Assembly (NCBI GenBank): GCA_964016885.1
Contig: OZ024742.1
Span: forward strand, 129,704,001-129,768,000
Direction: 5' to 3'
DNA from: Eledone cirrhosa
Taxonomy: Eukaryota
Length of the DNA stretch: 64,000 nucleotides
Shown: positions 13,531-27,128 of the stretch, one piece after another
Layout: every line of letters starts with the position of its first letter
Numbering within the stretch: the stretch's first letter is position 1
Translations under genes and position numbers: made by a program
Notes under the pieces: generated by a model
The model's database searches: none
Told to the model about the DNA's origin: nothing
What the model saw: only the letters and a program-made list of their open reading frames with translations

Positions 13531-14959
13531 TCCGCTTCCCCGCTAGCGAGGCTTGGATAAACCAAATCAGTACTGAAGCAGAGCTACTGATCTCCCAGGT
13601 AGGCCAGGGATCTACATCTCACTTATGTACAGTCTCACTACACTATTTAAGAAATAGCTGTGTATGGCCTAGTGGTAAGGGTGTTGGACTTACGATCATA
13701 ACTTCATGGATGTGATTGCTGGATTGGGCTGTGTGTTGTATTCTTGAGCAAAGCACCTCATTTCATGTTACTGCATTATACTCAACTAAAAATGAGCATC
13801 TGCTGGAGCTGGAATTTTAACCCTGCGATGGACTGGCTTCCTGTCTAAATGGGAGTCTTGTACTCTTAGTCGCTTAACGCCATGAAAACTGGGATAAGGA
13901 CCAGTCTGATGAGCCTGCGGGCTCATGACTTGCTTTAGACTAGGAACAGCCCACTTCCTGCACAAGACATTATCAGTTCAGTAGCACAGCTCAAATAGAA
14001 CAATCTTCACTCACAACACATACCTTATTCAATAAGCACCTAATAAAATTTAAAAAACAACACACAACATAATTGTACAAGATTTCTAATATACAATAAA
14101 ATAACACAACTTACAATACACACAACCATACACTTAAAATAGCACAAGAAACAAGTCAAACCTCATAACAAAACAAGACTGATGCTGTACACTAACTGGA
14201 GGAGTCTGTACTACCACAACCCCCACAAAAATAAGAACACACACTGCTGTATACATCAACGGAACGGGGAGATGCACCAAATAATGCTGTAGAAACTTGC
14301 ATGGAACCCAGAATTAATAACAATAATGGTATCTGGCACAAGGCCAACAATTTTGGAGGGGAAAGTCGATTAAATCGACCCCAGTGCATTACTGGTGCTT
14401 TATTTTATCAACTCCATGAAAGGATTTGAACTCAATAATAAGTTTCTACTTTTTGCACAATGCCAGCAATTATCCCAGTATATTACTGGTACTTTATTTT
14501 ATCGACCCCGTAAGGATGAAAGGCAAAGTTAACCTCGGCGGGATTTGAACTCAGTCCGTAAAGGGACGTAATTGTACTGCAAAGTATGGCGTCCGACCCT
14601 CTACCGATACTGCCAATCCACCGCCCTAATAATGAGAAGTCAAAAGGTACACTGCGAAGTTGTTGAAAATCCATCGGTTCCGATAATAATTGTTTGATGG
14701 AACAGACTTCTCATGAAATTAATAGGCAAGTTACTGAGCATTCCACAGACATATACACCTTCATTGTAGTTCTCAGGGAGATTCAGCATGACACAGTAAT
14801 GTGATAAGGCTGGTTGGTCTTTTGCATTATAGGTACTACTTGTTTTTTTCCAGCTAAGTAGACTGACACAATGTGAAATAAAGTGCCTTGCTCAAGGACA
14901 CAATATGCCACCTGGGATTAAACTCACAATCCTACAATCACAAGCCAAATACCAAAACA

Positions 14960-15560
14960 ATGAAGCTATGTGCTTTCACTGTGCAGCAAACAATAAATTA
15001 TTAGAAACACTGTTATCAACAACACATGAATTTACTACAGGAATTGTTGAGACTTGATTTGGAAAAATGCACCAAAGCAACCCTGAGAGGAGAAAAAGTT
15101 ATTTAAAAACACTAATATCATATTAGAAAAAAAACAAAACAAATAAGAGAATGAAACCAAGCTCAGACTAATAGATAATTAGGAAGCAATGAGCTAGACA
15201 GTACAACAAATGAAAGAAAGGTTAGGAAAGAATATTATAAGCACATTAAATTAATGCTTCAAACAGCTAAATGTGAAAAATAAAGCAATGGCCATTGCTA
15301 ATCTAATTGTTTCAATATGTTATAGTTACAATCTTAACTGGATGCTAAATAAATTAGCAAGACTAGACAAAAAACAGGAAATATGATTGCATTGAGAATA
15401 ATACACAACCCAAAATCTAACAAGGAAAAGTATATTTACCATGAATACAGGGAGGAAGGGATCTAATACAACTAGAAAGCTCCTATAAAATATTTAGTGC
15501 AAAAATACAAAAAACATCTAGTAAAGAACAATAAAAAAAACTAATATAATTAGCTACAAA
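14960..15560 (+). mobile_element. Highly decayed R4/Dong-like RT fragment
   Basis: Remnants reading ...RKEYYK.IKL.L.T.LN.KNKA.AI..., LD.KT, H.PKS...Y, GGRGLIQLE across frameshifts. Related pieces at about 16960-17060 and 17280-17530. Confidence 0.5.
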
Positions 15561-18512
15561 ACATACATACACACACACAAAAAAGATTTGGTCGATTTAC
15601 AAAGCATTGGGAAATTTGAAAATATAGTTGCCACAATGCAACTATATTTATATTAGTTGAATAGGGAAAAATAACCCTGGAGAAGAGGTGGCGAATTGGC
15701 AGAGTCATTAGAACATCAGATAGAATGCTTTGTGGTATTTGTTTCAGCTCTCTGAATTCAAATCACACTGAGGTCAACTTTGCCTTTCCTCCTTTTGAGG
15801 TCGATAAAAAAAAAGTACCAATCAAGTACTGGAGTCGATTCTCCCTCTATATTTTTCTCACTAAATGTGGTTGGTGTTAGGAAGGGCATCCAGCTGTAAA
15901 AAACCCTGGCCAAATTTACAGTCCTATCGGAGTAAGGTACAGTGTGGCCAATCCTGGTCAGACTTGTCTCTCGATGCGGACGACCCGTCTGACCCATGCA
16001 AGAATGGAAAGACGGATGTAAAATAATGATGATGATTCGCTCACTCTCTATTCTTCTCTGGAAGAAATCTGCTGTATCCAGACCTGGAGAGGAAATGAGC
16101 TCCACCAGGTTTAAAAAATGAAATGCCGTATTTAAATACAGCGCCCCTACAACTCCCTCGGCAATTACAGGACCATGCATGCAACCTTGGAAACGGAAGA
16201 AAGTGGACAGAGATGCCTGGAAGGAAACAAACCACACATCTCTTGTATGCCAGATGAGGGTGGTTAACAAAAGGTGCTTGGTTTGATTCCTCGCAAGTGT
16301 CTATCTACAGCTATAGAGTACTTTTACCTATTTATTCAACTAATATTTACTGTTACCGATTATCATTAGTTATCTGCATTGTGATAACTATATTTAAAAA
16401 CCAAAATAATTACTGTTTTCAAGGAAGCCAAATACAAGACAGAGGCTGAAATGATAGACAGTTGTGGGTAGAAAAGAGAGATGCAACAGTATTTTGTGAA
16501 AAAATGGAGTTACAAAATGTCGAGTTAAAACAATGGCTAGAAAGACACCTACATGGTTTCATTTCATTCATTTCATGTCCGCTTTTCCCTGCTTGCAAGG
16601 GTGGGACAGGAACTGATTCTGGCTTGATTTCTACAGCTGGATGCCCTTCCTAACACCAACCTCATTTACAGTGAGTGCTGGGTGCTTTCTTTTGCCGTGG
16701 CACCTCCACGACCACTTTGCAGTGGAATGATAGGGACCCCAGTCCCTATCATCTCATTTCTACAGCTGAGTAAACTGAAGCAATGTGAAATAAAGTGTCT
16801 TGCTCAAGGAAACAACACATCACCCGGTCTGAGAATTGAACTCACAACCTTTCGATTGCAAGGCCAATGCTCTAACCACTAAGCCATGTGCCTCCATCAT
16901 TAATACATAAAAAAAAAAAACAGAAAAAGGGCTTGAAATAGACAAAGAAAGACCACAGCACTAGCTGAGAAATGCAAGACTCAAGGCTGATTGAAGGATT
17001 TTTAATTGCAGCACAAAATTAAAATATTTCCACCAGAAACCACCAAAAGCATGTAATAAAACAGAACTCATTAACTCTTAACATAATGATTTTAGCAGAA
17101 AATATCTAAAAACTGGTTTATTAATTCAAATGTTTGTGTCCTTATTAGGAGAGATCTTTGTGAAAATTTGCAGTGTTAGAGTAACGACTTTAATTTTTAA
17201 TGTGATACAGTCATAGTGCTGTTTTGTACTTCTAAAAAAAAAAAGTCTGGCTAATGTAGTTTCATGTAGTGCAGGACGTTAAGAATATGTGGAGATTGAA
17301 AAATAACAATTAATGATATTATCTCTAGTTGTTCAGTCATAGCCAAGAGAAAATACATCTGCAGGTATGACAGAGCTGGATATGCCAATCCATACAGACA
17401 GGGAGATCAAGGCTAATTGAGCAGATATTGTTGTCAAGGACTGCCAGGAAAGGAAGTGCTTCTTAATTGAAGTATCTCTCTAAGAGACAATAATGCATCC
17501 TTCAAAGAGAGTACTTTCAATACAATACAAGAAATAGTAGTAGAAAAAAAGCCATTGTACATACTCAAAGCACACAGAGCTGTATTCAATTGTACAGTGA
17601 AAGCATGCAATAAAAATGTGACTACCGAAATGATAATGATGATAATAATAAAGATGATGGTGATGATATAGAAGAGGAGGAAGAAGGGAAGACCACAGCT
17701 GGTTTTACAACACAAACTTGTTTGTAAGAAACTTTGTTATATTCCAAACACAGCTTAATATAGAGAAAGTAAGTTACACTGTTAAATCCCTCCAAATTCT
17801 TGATTATTTTAAAAATTAACTGAAAATCATATGCAGTGTCTTTCATTAAAAATATGGTAACGAAAGGGTTAATGTGAACAATGAATCCTCATTAAAGCCA
17901 GACAACTTTTAGTTCAGTATTACAGTTTGGTCACCTGGTCGGCAAAGAAATGAAAAACCTAGTAAAATGAGAGCACCAATAATTATAATTGTTTCTACAT
18001 TTGGCACAAAGCCAGCAATTATCCCAGTGTTTATTTTATCGACCCCGTAAGGATGAAAGGCAAATAACACCTAATAATTATGCTGGAGATCTTAATGGCT
18101 CATACTCATGCAGTTGTCACCAACTTCCCTTGAGGTTGCATCATATAGGTGCTCTCTTGGTGCTTTATTTTATGTAAGAACCTTTGTTAAGTTATGTTCC
18201 TAACAGCAGCTTAAAAATGAGAAAGTTGGTTATATTACTAAACCCCATCAGATTCTTATTTTCAAAATAATTTGAAAATCATGTCTGTAACTCTTTAAAA
18301 TGTATCTCAATCATGTTGTTACAATAACAAGTCACTTTCCAATCAAAAGGTCCTGGGTTCTAATTTTACATTTGTCCAAGTAAATAACTATTTCTCCAAA
18401 GTTATTCATCCTGTATGTCATTTGTGTGGATTATATCAGGATTGAACCAGTTTTAAACTAGTTAGACCATTATTCAACAGAGTACTCAATACTTGGGATA
18501 GTAGAGTATGAC

Positions 18513-18636
18513 TATATTAGAAAAAGCCAGGGTCTGATGGCTGAGTTCTTGTCATTTCAACAGCTAGTTCCCGAGTCTAGATCTAGCTGTTGTGATGGCA
18601 AGAGCTCAGCCGTAGGGCCCCGACTCTTTCTAATAT
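18513..18636. repeat. About 124-bp imperfect palindrome (hairpin MITE or pre-miRNA-like)
   Basis: Core arms 18539-18567 and 18583-18611 pair at 28 of 29 positions (3 G-U) on the + strand; the inverted symmetry extends outward to TA-rich ends. Confidence 0.8.
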
Positions 18637-18669
18637 ATACACACACACACATACACACAAATCGGAGTA

Positions 18670-19270
18670 TCATGAGAAACCCAAAGCTCTCTGTGTAAGA
18701 GGCCTGTGTTCTTACAGCCCTCCTATTTGGATGTGAAACGCAGGCAACTTACAGGTATCACATCAGGAACCTGGAAAGGTTTCATCAGCATTGTATCCAA
18801 CACATTGTGAACATCAAATGGTCATCTTACACACCTGATACTGCTGTACTTGAGAAAGTAGGCAGACCAGTAGAGAGGATTATTATGAACTGGAGAGGAT
18901 TATAATGGGCTGGTCATGTGGTCAGGATGGAAGATGGAAGGCTGCTTAAACAGTTATTTTATGGGAAGCTGACCAGAGGAAAAAGGCCACAACATTAACC
19001 AAAGAAGTGATTCACGGATGATATAGACGATAATCTTGAAGCTATGAAGATTGATATGAAGTGGGAGTCATTGGTTGAAGGCCATACATCATGGAGAATG
19101 ACCATCAAGTATGGATGTGATGTTTTTGAGAAAAAACGAGTGGAGCATGCTGCTTTGAAGTATTCACTCGAGTGATCCAAGTGCAAATCTAGCTGGAATT
19201 GAGGTGCAAAGTATGTGGCCAATTTCTTCTATAAAGAGCTGGATTTGTCAACCATCTGAAGTCACATGAG
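18670..19270 (+). mobile_element. RTE/BovB-like LINE 3' fragment
   Basis: LLFGCET..LERFHQ..WAGHVVRMEDGRLLKQLFYGKLTRGKRP. Confidence 0.75.
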
Positions 19271-19289
19271 CGAGGGAGAAATCAAGCCA

Positions 19290-20040
19290 CTTGTGACTGA
19301 TTTTACACCCGCCAGTCCTGATACCACTTCCAACCCGGCTGTGCATGTCAATCCTGTTCATGTAAATAATGAACAGGAGAGGTGACAGTACGCACCCTTG
19401 GCAGAGTACGACCCCCGCATTGAATGGTTTCAATTTAGAACCATTTATCCAAACACAAATACTTGGGCATTCATATAGAGACATCAGGGCAGAAAGGAGC
19501 TAACCATCGATCCCATACTCCTGCAGAATCTTCCACAGCAGGTCCCGAAGAATGCAGTCATATGCCATTTCAAAGTCGACAAAACAAGAATATATCTCTT
19601 GGCAATACTCCAACGATCTCTCAAAGACCTGCCGCAGTGTTGGTCAGCTGCACTGTGTTCAAGGCAAAAACCATACTGTTTATCAATGAGCTTGGACTCA
19701 ACAATCTCCCTGCATCTCTTTGCCAGACACTTAGCATAGACTCTACTGAGGAGGCTTTCCAGTGATCCAGGCGATCCGGTACAGAAAACACCTTTTCTAT
19801 TTAAGGCTTTTAACATCTCAAGCTGGATTTCATTTTCCTCAGTGGCCTTGCCACATTTGAGCTCTTTAACTGCTCGTGACTTCAGCCTCTGAGAGATTAG
19901 TCATTGCTCTCAGATAGATACACCTCATGTACATACAAAGATGCTGTTGTGATCGGGTTTAGGAGATCAGCGAAGTATTCTCTCCACCTCGTGATGATGC
20001 ACCTCTCTGAAGAGAGAACCCCAGACACGTTCTTGATAGG
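19290..20040 (-). mobile_element. RTE-type LINE RT fragment
   Basis: Minus ORFs include KCLAKR..IVESKL.DKQYGF, FVDFEMAYD and QGCVLSPLLFIIYM (RT motifs). Confidence 0.8.
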
Positions 20041-22559
20041 TGTGGAGGAGGGCTACTTATTATCTACAACACTATACATATATGCTGAACATTTATGTAG
20101 TTATATCCAAGAAATAAATTATCAAAATATCATTCTTATCTTTAATTATGTCCATGTGTTGGTACAAAACATAAATTATAAGGTTTCTCACACGAAAACC
20201 ATCAATTTTTCAAAATGCAAATTTCCCAGTTTAAGGAAGCTGCAGCAGAGGTGGTGTGAGCTGACTTGAAATTGCTGAAACTCACAGAGGAGTTGATGAA
20301 GGAATGTGGCAAGTGGAGAGATGCTGTGCTGAGAAGGACCCCTCTAACCCATGCAAGCATGGAAAATATACATAAAAACATGATGATGATGTATGATTGT
20401 TCATATATCTAGTAATCCTGGTATACATAGCATAACCTTGAACTCCAAAAATTCAATACATTCAGCGCTATTGCCTTGTAATTATTGACAGCAGGGGTTC
20501 ACTATTTTAGAATAATGTCTAGCATAAGATTATTGACCTCATCAACTATTCTGTTCATAGTGTTTAGTTGTATTAAATGACTTTCTATACACTGAAATAT
20601 ATGACATGATATAGCAGGTTGTAGGCACATAACTTGGGAATTAATTGCCACTGTTAGACCTCAACTCTGTAGTCAAGAACATGAATTGACAAGAGATTTT
20701 AAAGTAGTTTGGGAGATTATGAAACAAAAAATCAACAAAAATAAATTATAATTATTGTAAATGGCTGATAAGGACTTTTAAATAGTATAGGTCTTTATAA
20801 CATTACTTGCTAGAGAGCAATTAGAACATAAAAAAAAAATCACAGAAACACACTTATCTAGTGTGTATGAATGTGTGTGTGTGTCTGTCTGTATGTGAGT
20901 GTCTGTGAACGTCTGGTCTGTATCTGTGTGTATGTCTGTATCTGTGTGTGTGCCTGCATATGTATGTATGTATACATTCTTTGCTAATTTTGTTGTCCTC
21001 ATAACAGAGTCTGAATATCACAGCATTACAGAAAACGCTCCAAACCTGGAAGTATGATCCAAAATGAAAAGAAAAAAAAGAACCTAAAGCTAAAGTACTA
21101 ATTAGTAACAATAGTTACTAATTAAAGATAGTCTTTATTTGATACTTATTACCTCTTCCTAGTTATTTGTCATTAACTATTTTGAGACCAGCCTGCCCAA
21201 AACTACTTCGAGTTCCATGAAACAAAACTATGCATTTTAAAAGTTCTTTTTTTAAATTAAAACCTTTCAACATGATTTTAAATTAGAAACATTTAAAAAA
21301 AATACTATTTTAACAATGAAATAATTAATAGTTTTAGTAAGCCCTTCAACATTCTTAATTATTTGAAACACAGTCTGTTATTAGAAATATGGTAATGAAA
21401 AGGTTAACCACAGGTCAGTTCTGACTAAGCAAATCTATGATCAAAAGCATTCCAACTCTAACAAATCAGTATTTTTCTATTTAGGTCTATCTATGGCTAA
21501 ATGTGTCATTTCCTTTCCTTAAGATGGAATAGTGGCATTTAAGTGGGATGCGGTAATTGTTTCTAGCAATTACAGTGACCACATGTTGGTTGAAAAGCAA
21601 TTTTCTTTGTTCTTTTACAAGGTTCAGTTAGTGTACTGTAAGGCATGCTAAATCAGCACCTTCAAAATGGTTTTAGTTGATAAAAACAGCCACAATACAT
21701 ATTTTAATTTGATAATTATGTTAACCCTGTCTATCTAATTGCAAAACTGCATTTTCAACACAATGCAGCTTGACATACCAGTAAATATTACACACACACA
21801 CGCACATATATACATATACACACATTGAATTTAATAAACATTTATTGTACTGCCTCTCTGTTCTGTCCCTGTTCAAATTTTTCATTATATATATATATAT
21901 AGAGAGAGAGAGAGGAATGAAAGAGAGACATACTGTGTGTGTGTGTATTTAAATTGCACTGGTAAATAAGTTGCACCCCCATTTTACATATAAGATTTAC
22001 AATGTGCCCTATATTTTAAATTGATGTTTTGTAGGTCAAGTAGATAAGTAGGATCCTGATTTCTTATATCATATTTTTGTAGGAAAAGGTGTGACTATAT
22101 ATACTAGCAGAGGACAGTATTTCTGCTAAAGTAGGTGGGTGTGTCTGCCTGTGTTTTGCAATATATCTATCAATTTATATAAATCCATGAAATGGGAAAA
22201 CTACATTTTTCATATGCCAATAATACAAACAGCTGCCAACATATTTCATATTGTGGTTCATTTAATTTAATACAATGTTTATTCTCTTCAAAGTAGTTAC
22301 CCTTAATTAAAAAATTATGAGATATGAACCAATAACAAGCAGAGGCATGATTGAAACAACCCAGGACCCACATTTGAAGAGGCTCAAACCAGTACCAATT
22401 TTTTAATAAAACATTTTTTTTTAACCAACTCTCGCATATTCCATAGCCTCTCAATTCTAAGAGCATGTAGTGTAGTGAATTGCTTATAAATAAAGGGCAA
22501 AACATTCTGTGACAGCAGAACAATACAAACTTGCAACAATATATATCTTTTTCTTCTTT

Positions 22560-22890
22560 GCCCACTTATTCCTGGGAGGTACATGTGGGGGCAGAGTCCT
22601 CAAACACTTCATCCAGTGAATCATGTCAGAAGCAACCATCTCTAACTGATCCGACTGGATCCTTAAGTAAGATCATGGATATTATCCAACCATCTTGCCC
22701 ATAGTATTGGAGCTGTGATCTCTCAATTCAGAGAAGTAGCAGCTGGAGTGACTCTAATTTCCAATCTACGCATTCTATTGAGTAACGTTACTCCAAAGAC
22801 CCTTCAGAGGAACACCATTCGGGCTGCTTGTATTCGCAATATTCTTTCAGTCAATTACCCAAGATTCATGATCATAGGTAAGGGTTGGTA
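22560..22890 (-). mobile_element. RTE-type LINE 3' fragment
   Basis: Same family as 7930-8300 (shared CCACTTATTCCTGGGAG end). Confidence 0.65.
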
Positions 22891-24589
22891 CCAACACCAA
22901 ATTGAATATATATATGATTTTGCAATTTATTTATTTAAATCTAAAGTACAAAACTTATATTTTCCATCATTCTTGTCAGCATGAATACACTATGTGTGGT
23001 GTGTGTATAATATATATTTATAGGAAGAGCATTCAGTCCTAGAAACCATGTTCTCAGTACAGGCTGTAAAGTGGGTGGTGTTAGGAATGACATCCAGCTG
23101 TAGAAACCAAGCCAAAACAAAGCATATAAGCAGGACTTGAGGTTGAATCAATCAACTGTAGCTCCACTTTACAAGATGATATGGAAAAGCTGCAAGCACA
23201 CGACAGACATATAACCCATGCAAGCATGGCAAATAGACGTTAAACAGTGATGATGATGATATATATGTGCAAAAAGTAAACGGAAACAACAAAGCAAACA
23301 ATACAGTATAAAGAAAAATATTAGTTTCATGTTTGATATAGTAGGAAAAGAGTCAAATGCTAGTCCTTCGTCAGAAGATAGAATGAAAAATAAAAGAAAT
23401 GAAAGATAGAGTGAAAAGAGGAAGAAATGGAAAAAAACATTCTGTGAAGAAAAAACACGTGTGTTCGGTCAGCCATTTTGGCAAATATATATATATATTT
23501 TTTTCCATGTTAACATGGGTTAGATGAGTTGTCCCATTGTGAGACAAGTCAGGTCAGATGACTGTATCTTGCTCACCACTTTACAGTGTATGTATGTCTC
23601 TATCTATTTATCTACACACACACACACACATATTGTTTTGAACTGTTTTTATTTTTACATTTGAAAAATGGCCTGTACAGGTAATCAAAGTGTGTATACA
23701 TTTTTGGAAGACACCTTGTATTTCTACTGCAGCTTTTTGAAACTTATCAGTCATTTATTACATCTCACAATGCTTCGTATTAACTATACTCTGTACATAT
23801 TATACATATACATATGGATATATGATATATATATAGGCAGATAGATGAATGTTAAGACAATACTTCACACCACGCTATTTCTGTTTGTCATAAGAAAATA
23901 TACTTCCTCAGGTATTTTTTCATCCCACTTTCATTTCATCCATGACCAATATGTTTGCTTTCTCTCCTTCTCTCACACACACACACACACACTTGGTATG
24001 CAGACTTGCATGTTCTAATGTATTAATATCTGACCATTCTCTGTTCAATCTCCCATTACAAAAAGAATCTGAATTATGGTCAGCTTTGTTTTCTTTGTTG
24101 TTCAAGCTGCTGGAAGCCTTTTGCCAAAGCTTAACTTGTCATGCTGTGCAGCATTGCAATTTTGACACATACCTCATACATTCTACCTGTTTCTATGGAA
24201 AGTGAATTGAATATCTTTTGTCATCAACACTTAGAACTATAGATCAATAGACAAAATCAAGTGTCAACAATTCAATAACATCTACTTACAAATTTACAAG
24301 CTGACAAATGTATATTCTTTTCCAAAAAAAGAAATGATCACTCTAAACCAATCCTTTTAAAATGTTTTTTTATTAGGTATAAAAGAAACAGTGGCCATAG
24401 TCTCTACAGGGCCCACCAAAACTGGTGAGACTGATGAAAATGTTCTGTTTAAACTCTTGATGCTTGTAGGAAAGGCCCCATATGTATACGCAGGAAATCC
24501 ATTACATTGTTTAACTGACCATTTAGTAAACATGTAGCCTCTTCTATACCTAAACTATTTTTTAATATCTGAGCAGAAAACTTCCCACC

Positions 24590-25010
24590 TTTTAAAATGT
24601 CTAACTACAAAGGGCAGATTGTACAATGGATGTATACGAACAGCAATGTTACATGGTAGTGAGACCTGGGCACTGTGTGCAGAAGACTTGCATAGATTGG
24701 AAAGAAATGAAGCTTGCATGTTCCGATGGATGTATAATAGTAATATATGTGAACAGCAAAGCATAAATGAACTAAGAGAGAAATTAAGCATAAGAGGGAT
24801 CAGATGCAGTATACTAGAGAGGAGATTGTGTTGGTATGGTCATGTAATGCGTATGAAGGATGACAGCTGTATAAAAAGGCGCAGGGCGATCAAAGTTGAT
24901 GGAAGCTATGGAGTAGGAAGACCTGAGATGAGGTTATAAAAACTGACCTTGCACAATTGCACCTCTTAAAGACACAGGATCGAGATATACAGTAATACAG
25001 AAGGCACACC
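24590..25010 (+). mobile_element. RTE-type LINE 3' fragment
   Basis: ORF 24619..24939 reads MLHGSETW...RRLCWYGHVMRM...GRP. Confidence 0.8.
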
Positions 25011-25124
25011 TTTCCGTGCGCACAAACTCAAACATACATCTAGTAGGCACCTCTTAACCACTATACCCTCTTCCATACACCTCCCATGCCCCAACATCCA
25101 TCTACCCACTTCTGTCAACATCAC

Positions 25125-25330
25125 CCTTACACTGTAAGGTTGTCATGTTGGTATCACAACAAAAAGCATCCAGCCCACAAAGTAAAGTTGTCGTGTAGGT
25201 GTCACAACAAAAAGTACCCAGCCCACAAAGTAAAGTTGTCGTGTAGGTGTCACAACAAAAAGTACCCAGCCCACACTGTAAAGTGACCGTGTAGCAGTCA
25301 CAACAAAAAGCACCCAGCACACACTGTAAA
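25125..25330. repeat. About 48-bp tandem repeat (internal repeat of family-B-like elements)
   Basis: Unit CAGCCCACAAAGTAAAGTTGTCGTGTAGGTGTCACAACAAAAAGTACC x about 4. An inverted array lies at about 25860-26075 and a 47-bp version at 36345-36560. Confidence 0.85.
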
Positions 25331-26947
25331 TGTGGTTGGCATTAGGAAGGGTATCCAGCCGTAGAAACCTACTTAAGATAATGGATAATATTGTCCTAGA
25401 TGTACGTGTTGGGTAAAATCAAATGATATGCTACTGATAATACTTGTTTCTTAGTTGAGCTGTTGGCCGCAATACTACACTTGAGTCTCACCCAGATAAG
25501 TGGAGAGTGGATGGGTATCTTGATAAGACAAAAAAAATCAATCACTCTCGACAAGGGTGAGTGAACTGAATAAGGAGTCAACATCTATCTATCAAACCTA
25601 CAAATGGAGCCAGTTACCCTCTCAGATGTACTGGCCTTGCCTTTTCTTCGACTCGGAGATGTCATGGCTGAAAGAAACAATTTAATATGTGAATGGACCA
25701 CTCATCATTATCATTTAACATCCATTTTTCCATGCTAGCATCAGTTAGATAAGTTGTCCCATTGCAAGAAAAGTTAGATCAGATAACTGAATCTTGCTAA
25801 TATAGAACTATTTCTGGCTTGGTTTCTATGGCTGGATGCCCTTGCTAATGCCAACCACATTTACAGTGTTGAGCGGGTGCTTTTTATCATGGCACCAAAG
25901 TGACCACTTTACAGTGAGGACTGGGTGCTTTTTGTCATGACACCAACACAAACTCTTTACAGTGTGAACTGGGTGCTTTTTGTCGTGTCACCAACACCAC
26001 CGCTTTACAGTGTGAACTGGGTGCTTTTTGTCATGTCACAAACATGACCTCCTTATAGTGTGAACTGGGAGCTTTTGCTTAAATCTGTCCTGGCTAGGAT
26101 TATCATCATCCCATCTTAACCATCACCCCGCTTCCAAGTGTTAAAATGCAACTACATGTACTGATTATTATTGAGTGATGTTGCTGTTCCAATACTGTTG
26201 GAAACGTCAGACATACGTGTGCCAATCTGGATATGCAACATGCAACAGAAAGACGAGATGATCATGACTAGAAGACCTTTGATCTCAAATGTGCTCATTT
26301 GGTGTTGATCTGGGGCTAAAGATTAACATGACTAAAACTGCATCAAATATTAGATGGCATTTACTCTTCAGTGTAGAAAGGAAAAAAAAAAAAGAATGTA
26401 CCTCAACTATGAACAGTTATTGAATTCTTCTCCAATGTTTGGCTATATTTCACTATGGAATAGTGTTTCCAATAAACAAATAAAGAAAATAAATAAGAAA
26501 CACACTTGTTTATATTGATTTCTGACATAAGGTTAAAAAAATCTGTAAGGGAAGAGTATAGTTAAATGAATTGATTCCAACACATGCCTGGAACTTATTT
26601 TATATCAAACCCTGGAGAGAGATAAAAAGGCAAAGTGAATTCTAGCAGAATATAAACCCAGAAAGTGAAACTAAATAAATACTACAGGCATTTTAGTCAG
26701 AACACACACACACACCTGTTAATTCACCACCTTACATAAATGCATTATCTTGTACCACATCAGCAAGACATTCTTAAAAAGTATAAAACAGCACTACGAC
26801 TCCATCACACTATACATTAATTTCTTTACCCTAATATTGAAATTTTTCACAACAATCTATCTATTAGAAGTGTTACTATAAACATTTGAACAGAACGTTC
26901 AGAGTCTATTAACAACCGTGGGCATGTAGCATTTTTTAGCATAAATA

Positions 26948-27128
26948 ATTGTTTCTACTTTTGGCACAAGGCCACCAATTATCCCAGTGTATTACTGGTA
27001 CTTTATTTTATCGACCTCGTAAGGATGAAAGGCAAAGTTAACCTTGGTGGGATTTGAACTCAGACCATAAAGGGCTGTAACTCTTTGCTGCAAAGCATGG
27101 CGTCTGACCCTCTACCAATACTGCCAAT
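26948..27128 (-). mobile_element. SINE family A
   Basis: Near full-length copy of the SINE at 1185-1378. Confidence 0.8.

Noticed and set aside
13880-13935. CTGATGAG as a hammerhead core
   Set aside because: No downstream GAAA box after the stem; part of a SINE tail.
15758-16270. 170-aa minus-strand ORF as a possible HS6ST exon 2
   Set aside because: No sulfotransferase motifs, and it runs through SINE-type repeats.
23920-24205. Possible exon in unique-looking sequence
   Set aside because: Short frames bounded by stops, no recognisable motif, and unconvincing splice signals.
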